Shown here: in pieces, positions 46,372-55,524 of the stretch
Position numbering within the stretch: position 1 is the stretch's first letter
How the letters are laid out: the number at the start of each line of letters is the position of its first letter
Source of the DNA: a virus
Reading direction: 5' to 3' (one strand)
IMG/VR virus record: IMGVR_UViG_3300029286_002355
Coordinates: 1 to 64,000 of that record
Length of the DNA: 64,000 nucleotides
Position numbers and translations under genes: made by a program
Notes under the pieces: generated by a model
Database searches by the model: none
What the model was told of the DNA's origin: nothing
What the model saw: only the letters and a program-made list of their open reading frames with translations

Positions 46372-47250
46372 TTATACCACTACGGTTGCTATAGAAATGT
46401 CATCAAAATGAGACATAAGTAGTTTTTTGTGATCTTTCTGCAAAGCCTTCATCCTTCTTTGGACAAAAACCCCCGATGTATTCTTGTAAGCCACAAAGCT
46501 ATTAACAATATCTTCCGATAGGACATTATTCATTCCATTGTCAGATTGCTTTTGATAGCTTTTTACTCCATCCGACATAAGCGATATACTTTCTATATCC
46601 TTGAACGTAAATGAAGTATTGTCCCACCCTATTGAAGGATGAGGAGATAAATTAATTTGCTTGCTTGCATTTTTCCTGAGTCCATTTAGTTGTTGTAGGT
46701 TTTGACATACATCTAACATCCCACCAAATTCTTGAACATAACACGCCAACCGATTAGAATCTAAGGGATAAGATGGGTAGTAAGGTGCTCCACTTAAATA
46801 GGTTACGTCAATGATATTCAGATCCCCATTCTTGAATTTAATAGCCGCAACGCCATCTCCGAACATAAAGAGATTGGCCTTATCTTTGTCAACAACGGTC
46901 AGGAGCAATGTGCAATCGGAGAACAGGGGAGAAAGGTCAAGATGTTTTCTTACAATTTCTACCTCTTGCATAATACAATCTCTAATTTTTTCTTGCTCAC
47001 TAGAGAATTCGGTTCCTCTTTCTTTGTCAATTTCCGAAAGGGTTTTTACGACATCCGAATGCATCAATAATTTTCTTGCGGCATAGGCAACAACCCTAGC
47101 CCCTAAATCTGCTTGACCACTTATGTTATGGGATTCGGAGCAACCATCTGTAACAATGGCAAAACCAATTCCATCCTTCTCCCCTGTTAAAGCATAATCT
47201 TGACAGGATTCGTGAGAAGAACCAATTTCAAAATAGCAATCGGTTTTCAT
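46372..47250 (-). CDS. PP2C-like protein phosphatase, YegK/TerY-associated type
   Basis: GSSH..CQDY, VTDGCS, FGDG, MSDG, DDISI. Confidence 0.85.
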   Translation of the reverse strand: MKTDCYFEIGSSHESCQDYALTGEKDGIGFAIVTDGCSESHNISGQADLGARVVAYAARKLLMHSDVVKTLSEIDKERGTEFSSEQEKIRDCIMQEVEIVRKHLDLSPLFSDCTLLLTVVDKDKANLFMFGDGVAAIKFKNGDLNIIDVTYLSGAPYYPSYPLDSNRLACYVQEFGGMLDVCQNLQQLNGLRKNASKQINLSPHPSIGWDNTSFTFKDIESISLMSDGVKSYQKQSDNGMNNVLSEDIVNSFVAYKNTSGVFVQRRMKALQKDHKKLLMSHFDDISIATVVV

Positions 47251-47657
47251 ATTTGTTTTACCCGATATTCAGGGAAGGGTTTTGCGCCACGGAATTTTTC
47301 AACAACAATATCGACATGCGGAGCTTTGTTAATAAGAACCAACACAAATCCACCTATTTTGACTACAGAATAAGAGTATCTGAAGTTAATGACGCTAAGT
47401 AGTTCTCTTTTGAGTGTAGGGCCAAAATCAAAAGCCTTTATCTTTCCGTCTGAGGCATCAATAACATTTGACCTATAGCGAATATGTCCTTTGGCGTTAT
47501 CTTTCTCGCAACATGGACAACCTTTAAAATGTTTTTGATAGGTAACAACAGGACTATCGGGAAGGATACGAATTTTTACAGGTTCTCCATCTTGCAGCTT
47601 AATGAATTCGAGTTTTGTTGGCCCCAAATAATCTTTCATTTTATCATATATTAGCAT
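47247..47657 (-). CDS. putative ssDNA-binding (gp32-like) protein, short
   Basis: FIKLQDG..IRIL, CPCC, NVID..DG.IK.FDFG. Confidence 0.4.
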   Translation of the reverse strand: MLIYDKMKDYLGPTKLEFIKLQDGEPVKIRILPDSPVVTYQKHFKGCPCCEKDNAKGHIRYRSNVIDASDGKIKAFDFGPTLKRELLSVINFRYSYSVVKIGGFVLVLINKAPHVDIVVEKFRGAKPFPEYRVKQI

Positions 47658-47729
47658 ACGTCCTTTCTAAGACAAAGGGCGAGATATTCCATCCCGCCCT
47701 CCACTTACAAATCAATTGCCCAATACAAA

Positions 47730-48068
47730 CTATTCCAAACAAGTAACGGAATCTGCAACATAAGTTCCGGGAGGAGCAACTTCAATATCTGACTTGCACA
47801 AAGTATTTTCCCATAAATACTTTATGCCACCCAAATATTTTGCGATACGTTTTTGTTTTCGTGGATTTTTTGCAATACATTTTACAACCAATATATCTGT
47901 GTATTGAGAAGCAAAAGCAGTGGCATCTTTTTTTTCTTTAAAAAAGAATAGTTTTGATCCTATTAGAGATGGAAACACTTCAACATTAACAGGATAGGTT
48001 AGAGCAAAGTAGTTTCCATATGAACTAATAGAATCTCTTCGGTTGTTAAGAACTTTCCATCCATTCAT
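47730..48068 (-). CDS. paralog family member 1 (unknown function)
   Basis: GWKV..YPVNVEVFP..GSKLFFF..GTYVADS.TCL. Confidence 0.7.
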   Translation of the reverse strand: MNGWKVLNNRRDSISSYGNYFALTYPVNVEVFPSLIGSKLFFFKEKKDATAFASQYTDILVVKCIAKNPRKQKRIAKYLGGIKYLWENTLCKSDIEVAPPGTYVADSVTCLE

Positions 48069-48076
48069 ATTTCACC

Positions 48077-48853
48077 TTAGAACGTAAGTTTAGATGAAGC
48101 TACCGTTGACGTTCCCGAAGCAAGAGCCTGAGACGTAGAAGAAATACTACGACTGATATATCCTGCCAATTTAGCCAAGGTCTTTTCAGGAGATGTCTTT
48201 TGGAACAAATCCGTCAAATCAACAAACTGAGTGATATCCGCATCCTTTCTGAAATCGTCCAAATAAACAACGGTACTGTTATCGCTATATCCAACCCCAA
48301 CAAGAATAACAGCAATAGATTCCAGCTTTTCTTCCTTCTTAGCCTTGTCAATAGCTTTCTTACAAGTCTTAGCTGTAGCCTTACCCATATTGTTAGCCCC
48401 ATCAGTTAGAACATAGATAACTCCATTAGCGGAGTAATCCTGATCCACAAGAAGCTTTCCGTAATCCGCTGTAGCTTCAACACAAGATTGAACGGCATCG
48501 AATAAGGAAGTACAGCCACCAATTTGAACGGCATCGGTATATTCCTTTTCTTTAATGTCTGTAAGAAGCCTGAAACCGTGGACTTCTACAACCGTATCGC
48601 TAAACATAACTAGACGAAAGAGAAGATTATGTTTTCTTGGAGAGCTTTGACAAGACTTTAAAATGGTCTTCAAGCAATCTTCCAACTGTTTTCGATAGCT
48701 ACTTACCGAACCTGATACGTCAACCACCACTGTAGCTAACGTATATTCACTTGCTCCTGACAGCGAATCCAATCCAACGGCACTAAACCGATAATTGGAA
48801 GCAGTTGAAAGCTGCTGCATACTCACATTTTCATCTACAACGATATCCGGCAT
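48077..48853 (-). CDS. von Willebrand factor A domain protein (TerY/YegL-like)
   Basis: MIDAS DVSGS, GGCTSLFDA, LTDG. Confidence 0.88.
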   Translation of the reverse strand: MPDIVVDENVSMQQLSTASNYRFSAVGLDSLSGASEYTLATVVVDVSGSVSSYRKQLEDCLKTILKSCQSSPRKHNLLFRLVMFSDTVVEVHGFRLLTDIKEKEYTDAVQIGGCTSLFDAVQSCVEATADYGKLLVDQDYSANGVIYVLTDGANNMGKATAKTCKKAIDKAKKEEKLESIAVILVGVGYSDNSTVVYLDDFRKDADITQFVDLTDLFQKTSPEKTLAKLAGYISRSISSTSQALASGTSTVASSKLTF

Positions 48854-49040
48854 ATTTCCTCCTTTATTTACTCAGTTATACTTTCTTCAATTATTTTACG
48901 CCATGCTTGTTTTATTTCTTTTTGGATCGTACTATCAATTGCATCCCACTCGTTCCCTATTCCTCCACGATCAGAAATATCTTCTACGATCATGTCAACT
49001 ATATGTTTTGATATTTTTTGTTTTTTGTCCATATTTCTCC

Positions 49041-49262
49041 TTAAAACTCCAAGTGCATTCCACCACCACCTTTACTGGTAAGATCGATTCCTCTGAGGAT
49101 TTTGAATCCAAGGAATTTCCGATAATACAGAACCACATGATGCAAGCTTTCGTTCGGTGGCTCAAAAGAATTTCCTACAATAGGCTGTTCTCTGCTATCC
49201 CACGTAACTTCGCTACCAAACGGGCTTCGCTTTTCCACTGGATCGTAAAATCCTTTCTTCAC
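49041..49262 (-). CDS. hypothetical protein
   Basis: ORF in gene train. Confidence 0.55.
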   Translation of the reverse strand: MKKGFYDPVEKRSPFGSEVTWDSREQPIVGNSFEPPNESLHHVVLYYRKFLGFKILRGIDLTSKGGGGMHLEF

Positions 49263-49270
49263 AAATTCTC

Positions 49271-49573
49271 CTATACGGTCTTTATTAAAAGACTACAATT
49301 AGCCTGCGCCCTCTCAAAAGTAAAGGCGTGATGGGTTACGATAACTCTTAGCCCCTTTATTTTATCCAATGCGGAACTTAATAGTGTATATGCTTCATCA
49401 ATATCTTCTTTAATTGCAGGTTTTTTATCATTGCCAATTCTAACAATAATAAGCTTGCCTGATAGAGATGCTTTCTTTATGGCAACAATGTCATAAGGCT
49501 TACGTCCATCTGATTTCTGCAAAGTCTCTTCAAGCAAATTGGTTTTATTGGGCATAGTATCCTTTCGTTCCAT
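49271..49573 (-). CDS. hypothetical protein
   Basis: ORF in gene train. Confidence 0.6.
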   Translation of the reverse strand: MERKDTMPNKTNLLEETLQKSDGRKPYDIVAIKKASLSGKLIIVRIGNDKKPAIKEDIDEAYTLLSSALDKIKGLRVIVTHHAFTFERAQANCSLLIKTV

Positions 49574-49576
49574 TAT

Positions 49577-49990
49577 TTACTCAATAGGTTCGTCAAGTAA
49601 GTTTTTCACAACCTGTTCAACATCTATAATTCCTAATTTATCCAATGGTTTTTCTTCAAAGGACTTAGCAAGAGTGGTTAATATTCTACCTGCTTCTGCT
49701 AGTTTACCAATATAATCAGTTACCGTACCAGCAACGCCTTCATAGTGGCATCCATTAGGAGATAACCATGACCATCCATCGGGGCATTGATAGGTTGGAT
49801 CACAGGGAACTTTTTGCCAACCCATTAGAAAATGAATCTGTTCGTTAACTTCCGCTCTAGTAAGTTTTGTTGGGTTAGATCGGATACGAATTTTGATTGG
49901 TTCTGGATGCACGTTTTTTAGTCTAGCATTGACATCTTTTGTTTTCTTAACCGTTGCTTTTCTTTCTGCATCTGTAAGTCTTGTAGCCAT
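49577..49990 (-). CDS. hypothetical protein
   Basis: ORF with GGAG SD. Confidence 0.65.
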   Translation of the reverse strand: MATRLTDAERKATVKKTKDVNARLKNVHPEPIKIRIRSNPTKLTRAEVNEQIHFLMGWQKVPCDPTYQCPDGWSWLSPNGCHYEGVAGTVTDYIGKLAEAGRILTTLAKSFEEKPLDKLGIIDVEQVVKNLLDEPIE

Positions 49991-49999
49991 ATTTACTCC

Positions 50000-50188
50000 T
50001 TATTCTTTAACCCATTGATGACCGCATTTATGACAAGTAACCTTAATAGCTCTCTTGGATAAGGCCCAATTGAACACCTTACGATAAAAGAATTGTTTTA
50101 CAATACCACCAAACAATCCATAAGTTGTTATCGTAAGGTTTCGCTTACAATTAGGGCATACCAAATCGAGTTTAGTTACCAGTTGCAT
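50000..50188 (-). CDS. small zinc-ribbon protein
   Basis: CPNC..CHKC. Confidence 0.6.
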   Translation of the reverse strand: MQLVTKLDLVCPNCKRNLTITTYGLFGGIVKQFFYRKVFNWALSKRAIKVTCHKCGHQWVKE

Positions 50189-50982
50189 TAAGCAAGGTAC
50201 TCCGTAGACTTCTCAACCCTCATTCCACGTTTAATCATGTCGATAACGAAGTCTTTACCAAGCTTATCAAAGCCGGTTACATTCGAACAGCAATCTTCTA
50301 GGAGAACGAATTTCTTGATATTTTCGTCACCAAAAGCTTTAGCCACTTGTTCAACGGTAGCTTTTACGCAATGGCTTAACGCCTCTCCTGCTATTAAAAG
50401 AGAGTCCGCCTCCTGAAGAGTCTTTATTAGTCCAGTATTTAACATGGTGCTAGGTTCTTCGGGAGAGGGAACTTCCGCCTCAAGTGCCCCATAATGCTCC
50501 GACATATAGAAATCGCCTTTAACACAATAATCCGCCATTCTCTTCCTGTCTTTTTCCCATTGAATAATAGCATCAGAAACGTTAGGGACAAGAGCATGGC
50601 CCCAAGATCCTATAAGACAGTGATAGGGCCAAATAATTAGTGGATATTTACCCTTTGTCGATAGCTCTTCAACATAATCAATTCCCCTTTTTCTCAGTCC
50701 CAAAAGGGTTGTTTGCCACACACTCTTCCTGACATCATCTACGCTAATAACCGTAAATGGCTGAGGATGCTCGTTTTTGGAATTAACCCAGAAAGCAGAA
50801 TGGAATACCTGCATTACTTTGTGTGAATCTAAAGTTGCATGTATACGGTCAATTTTCTTGCCCACCCTATTGATGAATTTAGACAATCTATCCATATCCC
50901 CATCGGCACCGGGAACGAACAAATTCCCTTTTGGACTAGAAAAATCATTTTGACAATCAATAGCTAACAGATGTACTTTCAT
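50188..50982 (-). CDS. pncA: nicotinamidase/isochorismatase-family cysteine hydrolase
   Basis: IDCQNDF, DSH, WPYHC, KG, GEALSHCV. Confidence 0.8.
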   Translation of the reverse strand: MKVHLLAIDCQNDFSSPKGNLFVPGADGDMDRLSKFINRVGKKIDRIHATLDSHKVMQVFHSAFWVNSKNEHPQPFTVISVDDVRKSVWQTTLLGLRKRGIDYVEELSTKGKYPLIIWPYHCLIGSWGHALVPNVSDAIIQWEKDRKRMADYCVKGDFYMSEHYGALEAEVPSPEEPSTMLNTGLIKTLQEADSLLIAGEALSHCVKATVEQVAKAFGDENIKKFVLLEDCCSNVTGFDKLGKDFVIDMIKRGMRVEKSTEYLA

Positions 50983-51061
50983 ATTTTCTCCTTTGTTACT
51001 TTGTTTATCTTAATCCTATCTTAATTACAAACATTGTAGTCGAAGTAAAAAAAAATGCAAG

Positions 51062-52030
51062 CTATTTTTTCATATTTTTTTCAACATAATCTTTTTCCTC
51101 TTTACTCAGGGTATGACAAATAAACCTAAATTTTCCACCCATCACCCGTACAACATACTTCTTTTTAGATACGACATTCCTAAGATAATGCATCCATCCT
51201 TTCCCTAAAAAGTTTTTCTTGTTAAATCCCGTAACCTCCACATATGTATTTGTTTCTGGAAAAAAGAAATCGTATCTTTTTAGCCCTCTTTTCCCAAGAT
51301 GCCCATATTTTTCATTGTGGATAAAGTTTAAATTATCTTTTTTGTATTTCAAATAAAAGAATGCTTCTGTTTTAGATGCGCACCTTGCACCATCCTTAAG
51401 AACTATCTTGTTTGCCTTACTACATTTTGGACAGTGGTTCCCGTCATTTCTATGATAAACCTCTGTTTCCCATTCATGCCTACAGGTAGAACATATCCAC
51501 CATGCCACAAAATTACTTCCGGGAGATACATCGAATGGAGTACGCTTCCTATTTTTTGTGGGGTGCCATTCTTTTGCTATTTTAGGCAGTTGGGTCTTCA
51601 AACAATTACTTTTACAAACCTTATGTCCGCTACAATATGGACAGCCGTTACCGCTATTTCTATAATTAATTCCGGCTTTCCATTCATGTGTTTCACCATT
51701 AACAATATGCTCCCACCATACGGATTTGCTAGAACCCGGCAAAAAATCAAATGGGCCTCTTACATTTTTGTGTCCCCACTCTTTAGAAAGTAATGGGTTA
51801 ACAGATCCTAACGATATACACTTAGGACATTGACCATAATTAAAGAGAGTCCTGTAATATATTTTTGTTTTCCATTCATTTCCGCATTTTATACATTTCC
51901 ACCATGCTTTTCTGTCAGATCCATAACCAATTTTTGTTACATCGAGTTTTCCATTTTTTGTAGGGTGCCATTCTTTTGCCAATATTGGATTGTGTATAGC
52001 AAGGGATATCTTTTTACAATTTTTTTTCAT
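51062..52030 (-). CDS. zinc-ribbon-repeat protein with C-terminal PD-(D/E)xK nuclease (homing endonuclease-like)
   Basis: Repeated LAKEWHPTKN..WW.C..C units; YDFF..YVEV. Confidence 0.75.
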   Translation of the reverse strand: MKKNCKKISLAIHNPILAKEWHPTKNGKLDVTKIGYGSDRKAWWKCIKCGNEWKTKIYYRTLFNYGQCPKCISLGSVNPLLSKEWGHKNVRGPFDFLPGSSKSVWWEHIVNGETHEWKAGINYRNSGNGCPYCSGHKVCKSNCLKTQLPKIAKEWHPTKNRKRTPFDVSPGSNFVAWWICSTCRHEWETEVYHRNDGNHCPKCSKANKIVLKDGARCASKTEAFFYLKYKKDNLNFIHNEKYGHLGKRGLKRYDFFFPETNTYVEVTGFNKKNFLGKGWMHYLRNVVSKKKYVVRVMGGKFRFICHTLSKEEKDYVEKNMKK

Positions 52031-52212
52031 TGTTTTACCCCTTCTATTTTTATATTATACACATTTATGATAATATCTTCTATGTATTGGGATAGAAACG
52101 ATTCTAATTCTTCTACTATAAGCGATTCTATATCAATGTGGTGTGATCTAATTACTTCTAGTTTTTGGACTAAATCAACTAACCTAACAGTACTGGTAAT
52201 ATTGAGTTGCAT
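52027..52212 (-). CDS. hypothetical protein
   Basis: AAGGAG SD; start embedded in a leader repeat. Confidence 0.6.
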   Translation of the reverse strand: MQLNITSTVRLVDLVQKLEVIRSHHIDIESLIVEELESFLSQYIEDIIINVYNIKIEGVKQ

Positions 52213-52343
52213 TGGCGGCTTCTCCTTATTATATTAAACACAAAAGCCCAAGAATACCTCCATAGAAGCCGCCAAGCTAACAGGGGAGAGTCTCCAAGGG
52301 CTTTTGTTATGTTCATTTTATTTAGCTTTGGCGGCTTTTTCAT
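52210..52343 (-). promoter_or_regulatory. structured 5' leader with alternative pairings (possible translational switch)
   Basis: AAGCCGCCAA occurs twice with one complementary TTGGCGGCTT between; ACAAAAGCCC/GGGCTTTTGT pair; -10 TATAAT at 52352-52357. Confidence 0.5.
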
Positions 52344-52380
52344 ACACTAATATTATACAATAAAAGCCATCAAAATACCT

Positions 52381-53145
52381 TTATTTGTTCTTCATTATCT
52401 TTCCTAATCTTTTCACAATAATATCGTAATATTTTTGCTCTTTTTCAATTCCAATAAATCTACGATTAAGGTTGTAAGCAGCTTCTAATGTTGAGCCTGA
52501 ACCAGCACAATTATCTAAAACCAAATTTCCTTCATTGGTATAAGTTCTGATCAAATATTCCATGAGCGCAACAGGTTTTTCAGAAGGATGATTTTTGTTT
52601 TTCCCATTATTAACCACGGGGAAATTTAGTATAGAAGTAGGGTAACGATCTGTTTGTCCACCGCCCTTGATTCCCCACTTTGTTTTTCCGTAAGTCAAAG
52701 TTGCGGCCCCTTCATGATGGGTAAACGAATTAACAGGTTTATGTCCTGTTGTTTTTTGGGGATTATAAGTTGGTGGATTTCTATAAAAAACTAAAACGGA
52801 TTCATGCTTCCTCAGGGGTTGTTTTTTGGCGTTTAAAAATCCTGTTACTTTATTTTTTACCCAAATCAAGTCGTACCTAAAAATGGACATATTGCTAGCT
52901 ATTAACTTTGTTCTAAAGGGTTCTACGGCAGTAAAAACCATTGCGGCGTTACTTTTTGTTATTCTTAGATATTGTTCCCATAGCGGTTCAAAGGGTATGA
53001 TTACGTCCCATGTTTGGCGATTGGTTACAGAATAAGGCAAATCACACAAGACCATATCAATTGATTGGTCTGGAATATTTTTCATTAGTTCCAAACAATC
53101 GCCCAACCAAACTCCCCGACTAAATTTATCCGAATTGTTTTTCAT
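52381..53145 (-). CDS. DNA methyltransferase (N6-adenine/N4-cytosine, beta class)
   Basis: CDLPY, HPSEKP, DNCAGSGST, GIE. Confidence 0.9.
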   Translation of the reverse strand: MKNNSDKFSRGVWLGDCLELMKNIPDQSIDMVLCDLPYSVTNRQTWDVIIPFEPLWEQYLRITKSNAAMVFTAVEPFRTKLIASNMSIFRYDLIWVKNKVTGFLNAKKQPLRKHESVLVFYRNPPTYNPQKTTGHKPVNSFTHHEGAATLTYGKTKWGIKGGGQTDRYPTSILNFPVVNNGKNKNHPSEKPVALMEYLIRTYTNEGNLVLDNCAGSGSTLEAAYNLNRRFIGIEKEQKYYDIIVKRLGKIMKNK

Positions 53146-53834
53146 GGATTTTGATTAATTTTTATGACCAATTTATCACTTAAATATTTTGCCCCCAACA
53201 AGAAATCAAACTCTTCTTTATTGGTTGGTAATTCTCCGAAAACATCTTTAATAACATTTACTAAATAAAGAGGATGGCTTTGTTTATCCCATGCGTCAAT
53301 AGGATGGTTTTCGTCTCCATCTGACTCCCAGTGATCTTCTAGCCATTTATAACTACAAGCAATCCCTATTTCAACTACTTCATTTAATATCCATGATGGC
53401 AAATGATGGAGGGATAGTTTGGTTACGTTTTTATATCCTGCCAAAATAGGATTACAAAATGGTGAGTGTCTATCGTTTTTCGGTTCATGACATAACGCTA
53501 TATCCAATCGAATGTTAAAGGGGTGCATCCAAACAAAGGCGTTCCTATTTTTAACCCAATTAGCCCATGTTCCACAATTCAATTTGGGCCTTAAAGCTTT
53601 ATTACAACTATCATATCCGTTATTGCTGATATCCGAATGATAATCTAGGTTAATAATACGATCACAATGAGATTTATTTATAAATGGGAGTAGGTCGGCG
53701 TGATCATCCACAATTTTGATTGGTAGACCAGTAGCCTTAATTTGCCGCATGAATTTAAGGCATTCTTTTGCGGGTCTATCGTTCCAAAAATCTAGATCTA
53801 TGGATAGATACGTTTTCAAGGTTATCTCAAACAA
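53142..53834 (-). CDS. UPF0489-like protein
   Basis: LSIDLDFW, DDH, NLDYHSD, NCGTW. Confidence 0.6.
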   Translation of the reverse strand: MFEITLKTYLSIDLDFWNDRPAKECLKFMRQIKATGLPIKIVDDHADLLPFINKSHCDRIINLDYHSDISNNGYDSCNKALRPKLNCGTWANWVKNRNAFVWMHPFNIRLDIALCHEPKNDRHSPFCNPILAGYKNVTKLSLHHLPSWILNEVVEIGIACSYKWLEDHWESDGDENHPIDAWDKQSHPLYLVNVIKDVFGELPTNKEEFDFLLGAKYLSDKLVIKINQNP

Positions 53835-54226
53835 GTAATGGAATCTGCGACATAAGTTCCGTGAGGGGCGTTTTCGGTAAAAGGGACAGAAGCACCTTTT
53901 GTTTTATTTACATAATCCCAAAAATATGTTAGCTGGGTTAAGCTATTAGTAATGAATGGTTGTTTTTTGGGGTTAGTGGCAATACATTTTACAGTAATAT
54001 ATTCTACTCCATTATACCTGCCTAACCTGCCTATGTAATTTTTGGCATCTTTTTCACTTTTAAAAAAGAATAATTTTGATCCTTTTAGAGACGGAAACAC
54101 TTCAACATTGACCGGATAACGTATAGAATGAATATTTAGATTATCCCAATCGCTAATGGAGCGTCTATTCTTTTTAAGTAAAACTTTCCACCCCTTACAC
54201 TTATTTATTGTTTTTGATTTTTTCAT
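53822..54226 (-). CDS. paralog family member 2 (unknown function)
   Basis: Same motifs as 47730-48068; start moved to MKKSKT. Confidence 0.7.
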   Translation of the reverse strand: MKKSKTINKCKGWKVLLKKNRRSISDWDNLNIHSIRYPVNVEVFPSLKGSKLFFFKSEKDAKNYIGRLGRYNGVEYITVKCIATNPKKQPFITNSLTQLTYFWDYVNKTKGASVPFTENAPHGTYVADSITCLR

Positions 54227-54254
54227 ACTTGTCTCCTTCTCTGCAATACGAACG

Positions 54255-54497
54255 TCATTTTTCATAAGTTACTGTTCTTTTTCTTTTGGGAACAGGAGCC
54301 GAAGCTTTGGGTTCTTTACACTCGTCTTGATCTAGCGGAACCACGTAAGTATCAACTCCGCAACCGCAACCGCATGTAAAATGAATTATTTTACCTTTAA
54401 TAATTCCTCTTTTGATTCTGGAATTGAGAACTGAGTCTATCCACTTGGACTCTCTCATTTGTTTCCCGCTTAAGAAATACTTATCCGATCTTTTCAT
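54255..54497 (-). CDS. hypothetical protein (CGCGC)
   Basis: Start moved to MKRSDK. Confidence 0.55.
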   Translation of the reverse strand: MKRSDKYFLSGKQMRESKWIDSVLNSRIKRGIIKGKIIHFTCGCGCGVDTYVVPLDQDECKEPKASAPVPKRKRTVTYEK

Positions 54498-55485
54498 CTT
54501 CCTCCTCCACAACAACATGAAACTTATCTATGAATTTCTGTTTAAGATTAATTCCTATAGAAATCTTTTTTGCCCCAACATTCTTAAGCTCTTCCTCCAT
54601 GGTTGAGCCATTCTTGCGAAGAGAGAAGATGATTCCCTTTTCGAAAGCATAAACGGTTTTAGGTATAATGGTAAGCGCAAACTCCTTCTGCTCCTTGATA
54701 TCCTTATGATCTTGGTAAACAGAAGCAATACGGTTTTTGATTTCCGTATAAATACCATCCACAAAAGTAAAGTACGGTTCATCTTCGGGAAAATAACGAA
54801 GATATTCAGGGTGTTCATTTCCCATAATAAGATTTAGGACATTCTTGGGCGAAATATTTCCGTTCTCCCTCATGTGGGCTACGGCAACAAAAGAAGGGTT
54901 CTTTGTTTTAACTCTATGATGAGACCCATTTTCATTTTCAATTACAACCACCACTCCTTCTTGAAGCGTTGGAAAAGATTCTACCAACTTAAATAGCTCG
55001 GCAAAATCCTTACAAACGAAAATTTCTGGGCGATCAACTTCCATCATCCTTGCAACATTATTTAGCTCCGTATTGGAAAGTTCCCGATAGTTGTTGCGCT
55101 CAAGATTGTTCCTGCCACCAATAAGTGTAATTTTGTTTTCCGTATAGGGAGAAACAACCCGGTTTTCTGGCCCCGTAAGCTCGAATACAAGAGTAAATTC
55201 TTTCATTTCTAAAAGTGTAAGAAACTCCTTAAGACCTGTTTTCTTTTCAGCATCCCAAAATACTTCGGCAAAAGTTCTTCCTAGATTGGTTTGTCCCTCT
55301 GCGAAAGCCATTTTTCGAGTAGCTACGCACCACTTCTCTCCGTCAAAATAAAGCGAAAGCAGAGAGTTATGAACCAGCATATCGTTTGCAAAATAATTTT
55401 CGGTAGTAGTTTGCAAATCATAGCGTTTTGACTTACACTCTACCTTCTTAATCAATTTTATTTTGGCGAGCATAGGTTTACCCAT
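54481..55485 (-). CDS. split intein C-fragment plus C-terminal half of an Rnl1-type RNA ligase
   Basis: YDLQT..NYFANDMLVHN/S then SLLSLY, FEL..PENRVV, EGVVV, VKTK. Confidence 0.9.
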   Translation of the reverse strand: MGKPMLAKIKLIKKVECKSKRYDLQTTTENYFANDMLVHNSLLSLYFDGEKWCVATRKMAFAEGQTNLGRTFAEVFWDAEKKTGLKEFLTLLEMKEFTLVFELTGPENRVVSPYTENKITLIGGRNNLERNNYRELSNTELNNVARMMEVDRPEIFVCKDFAELFKLVESFPTLQEGVVVVIENENGSHHRVKTKNPSFVAVAHMRENGNISPKNVLNLIMGNEHPEYLRYFPEDEPYFTFVDGIYTEIKNRIASVYQDHKDIKEQKEFALTIIPKTVYAFEKGIIFSLRKNGSTMEEELKNVGAKKISIGINLKQKFIDKFHVVVEEEDEKIG

Positions 55486-55524
55486 AAAGCCCCTTTCTCA
55501 ATTGTTTGCGCTATCATAACATTT

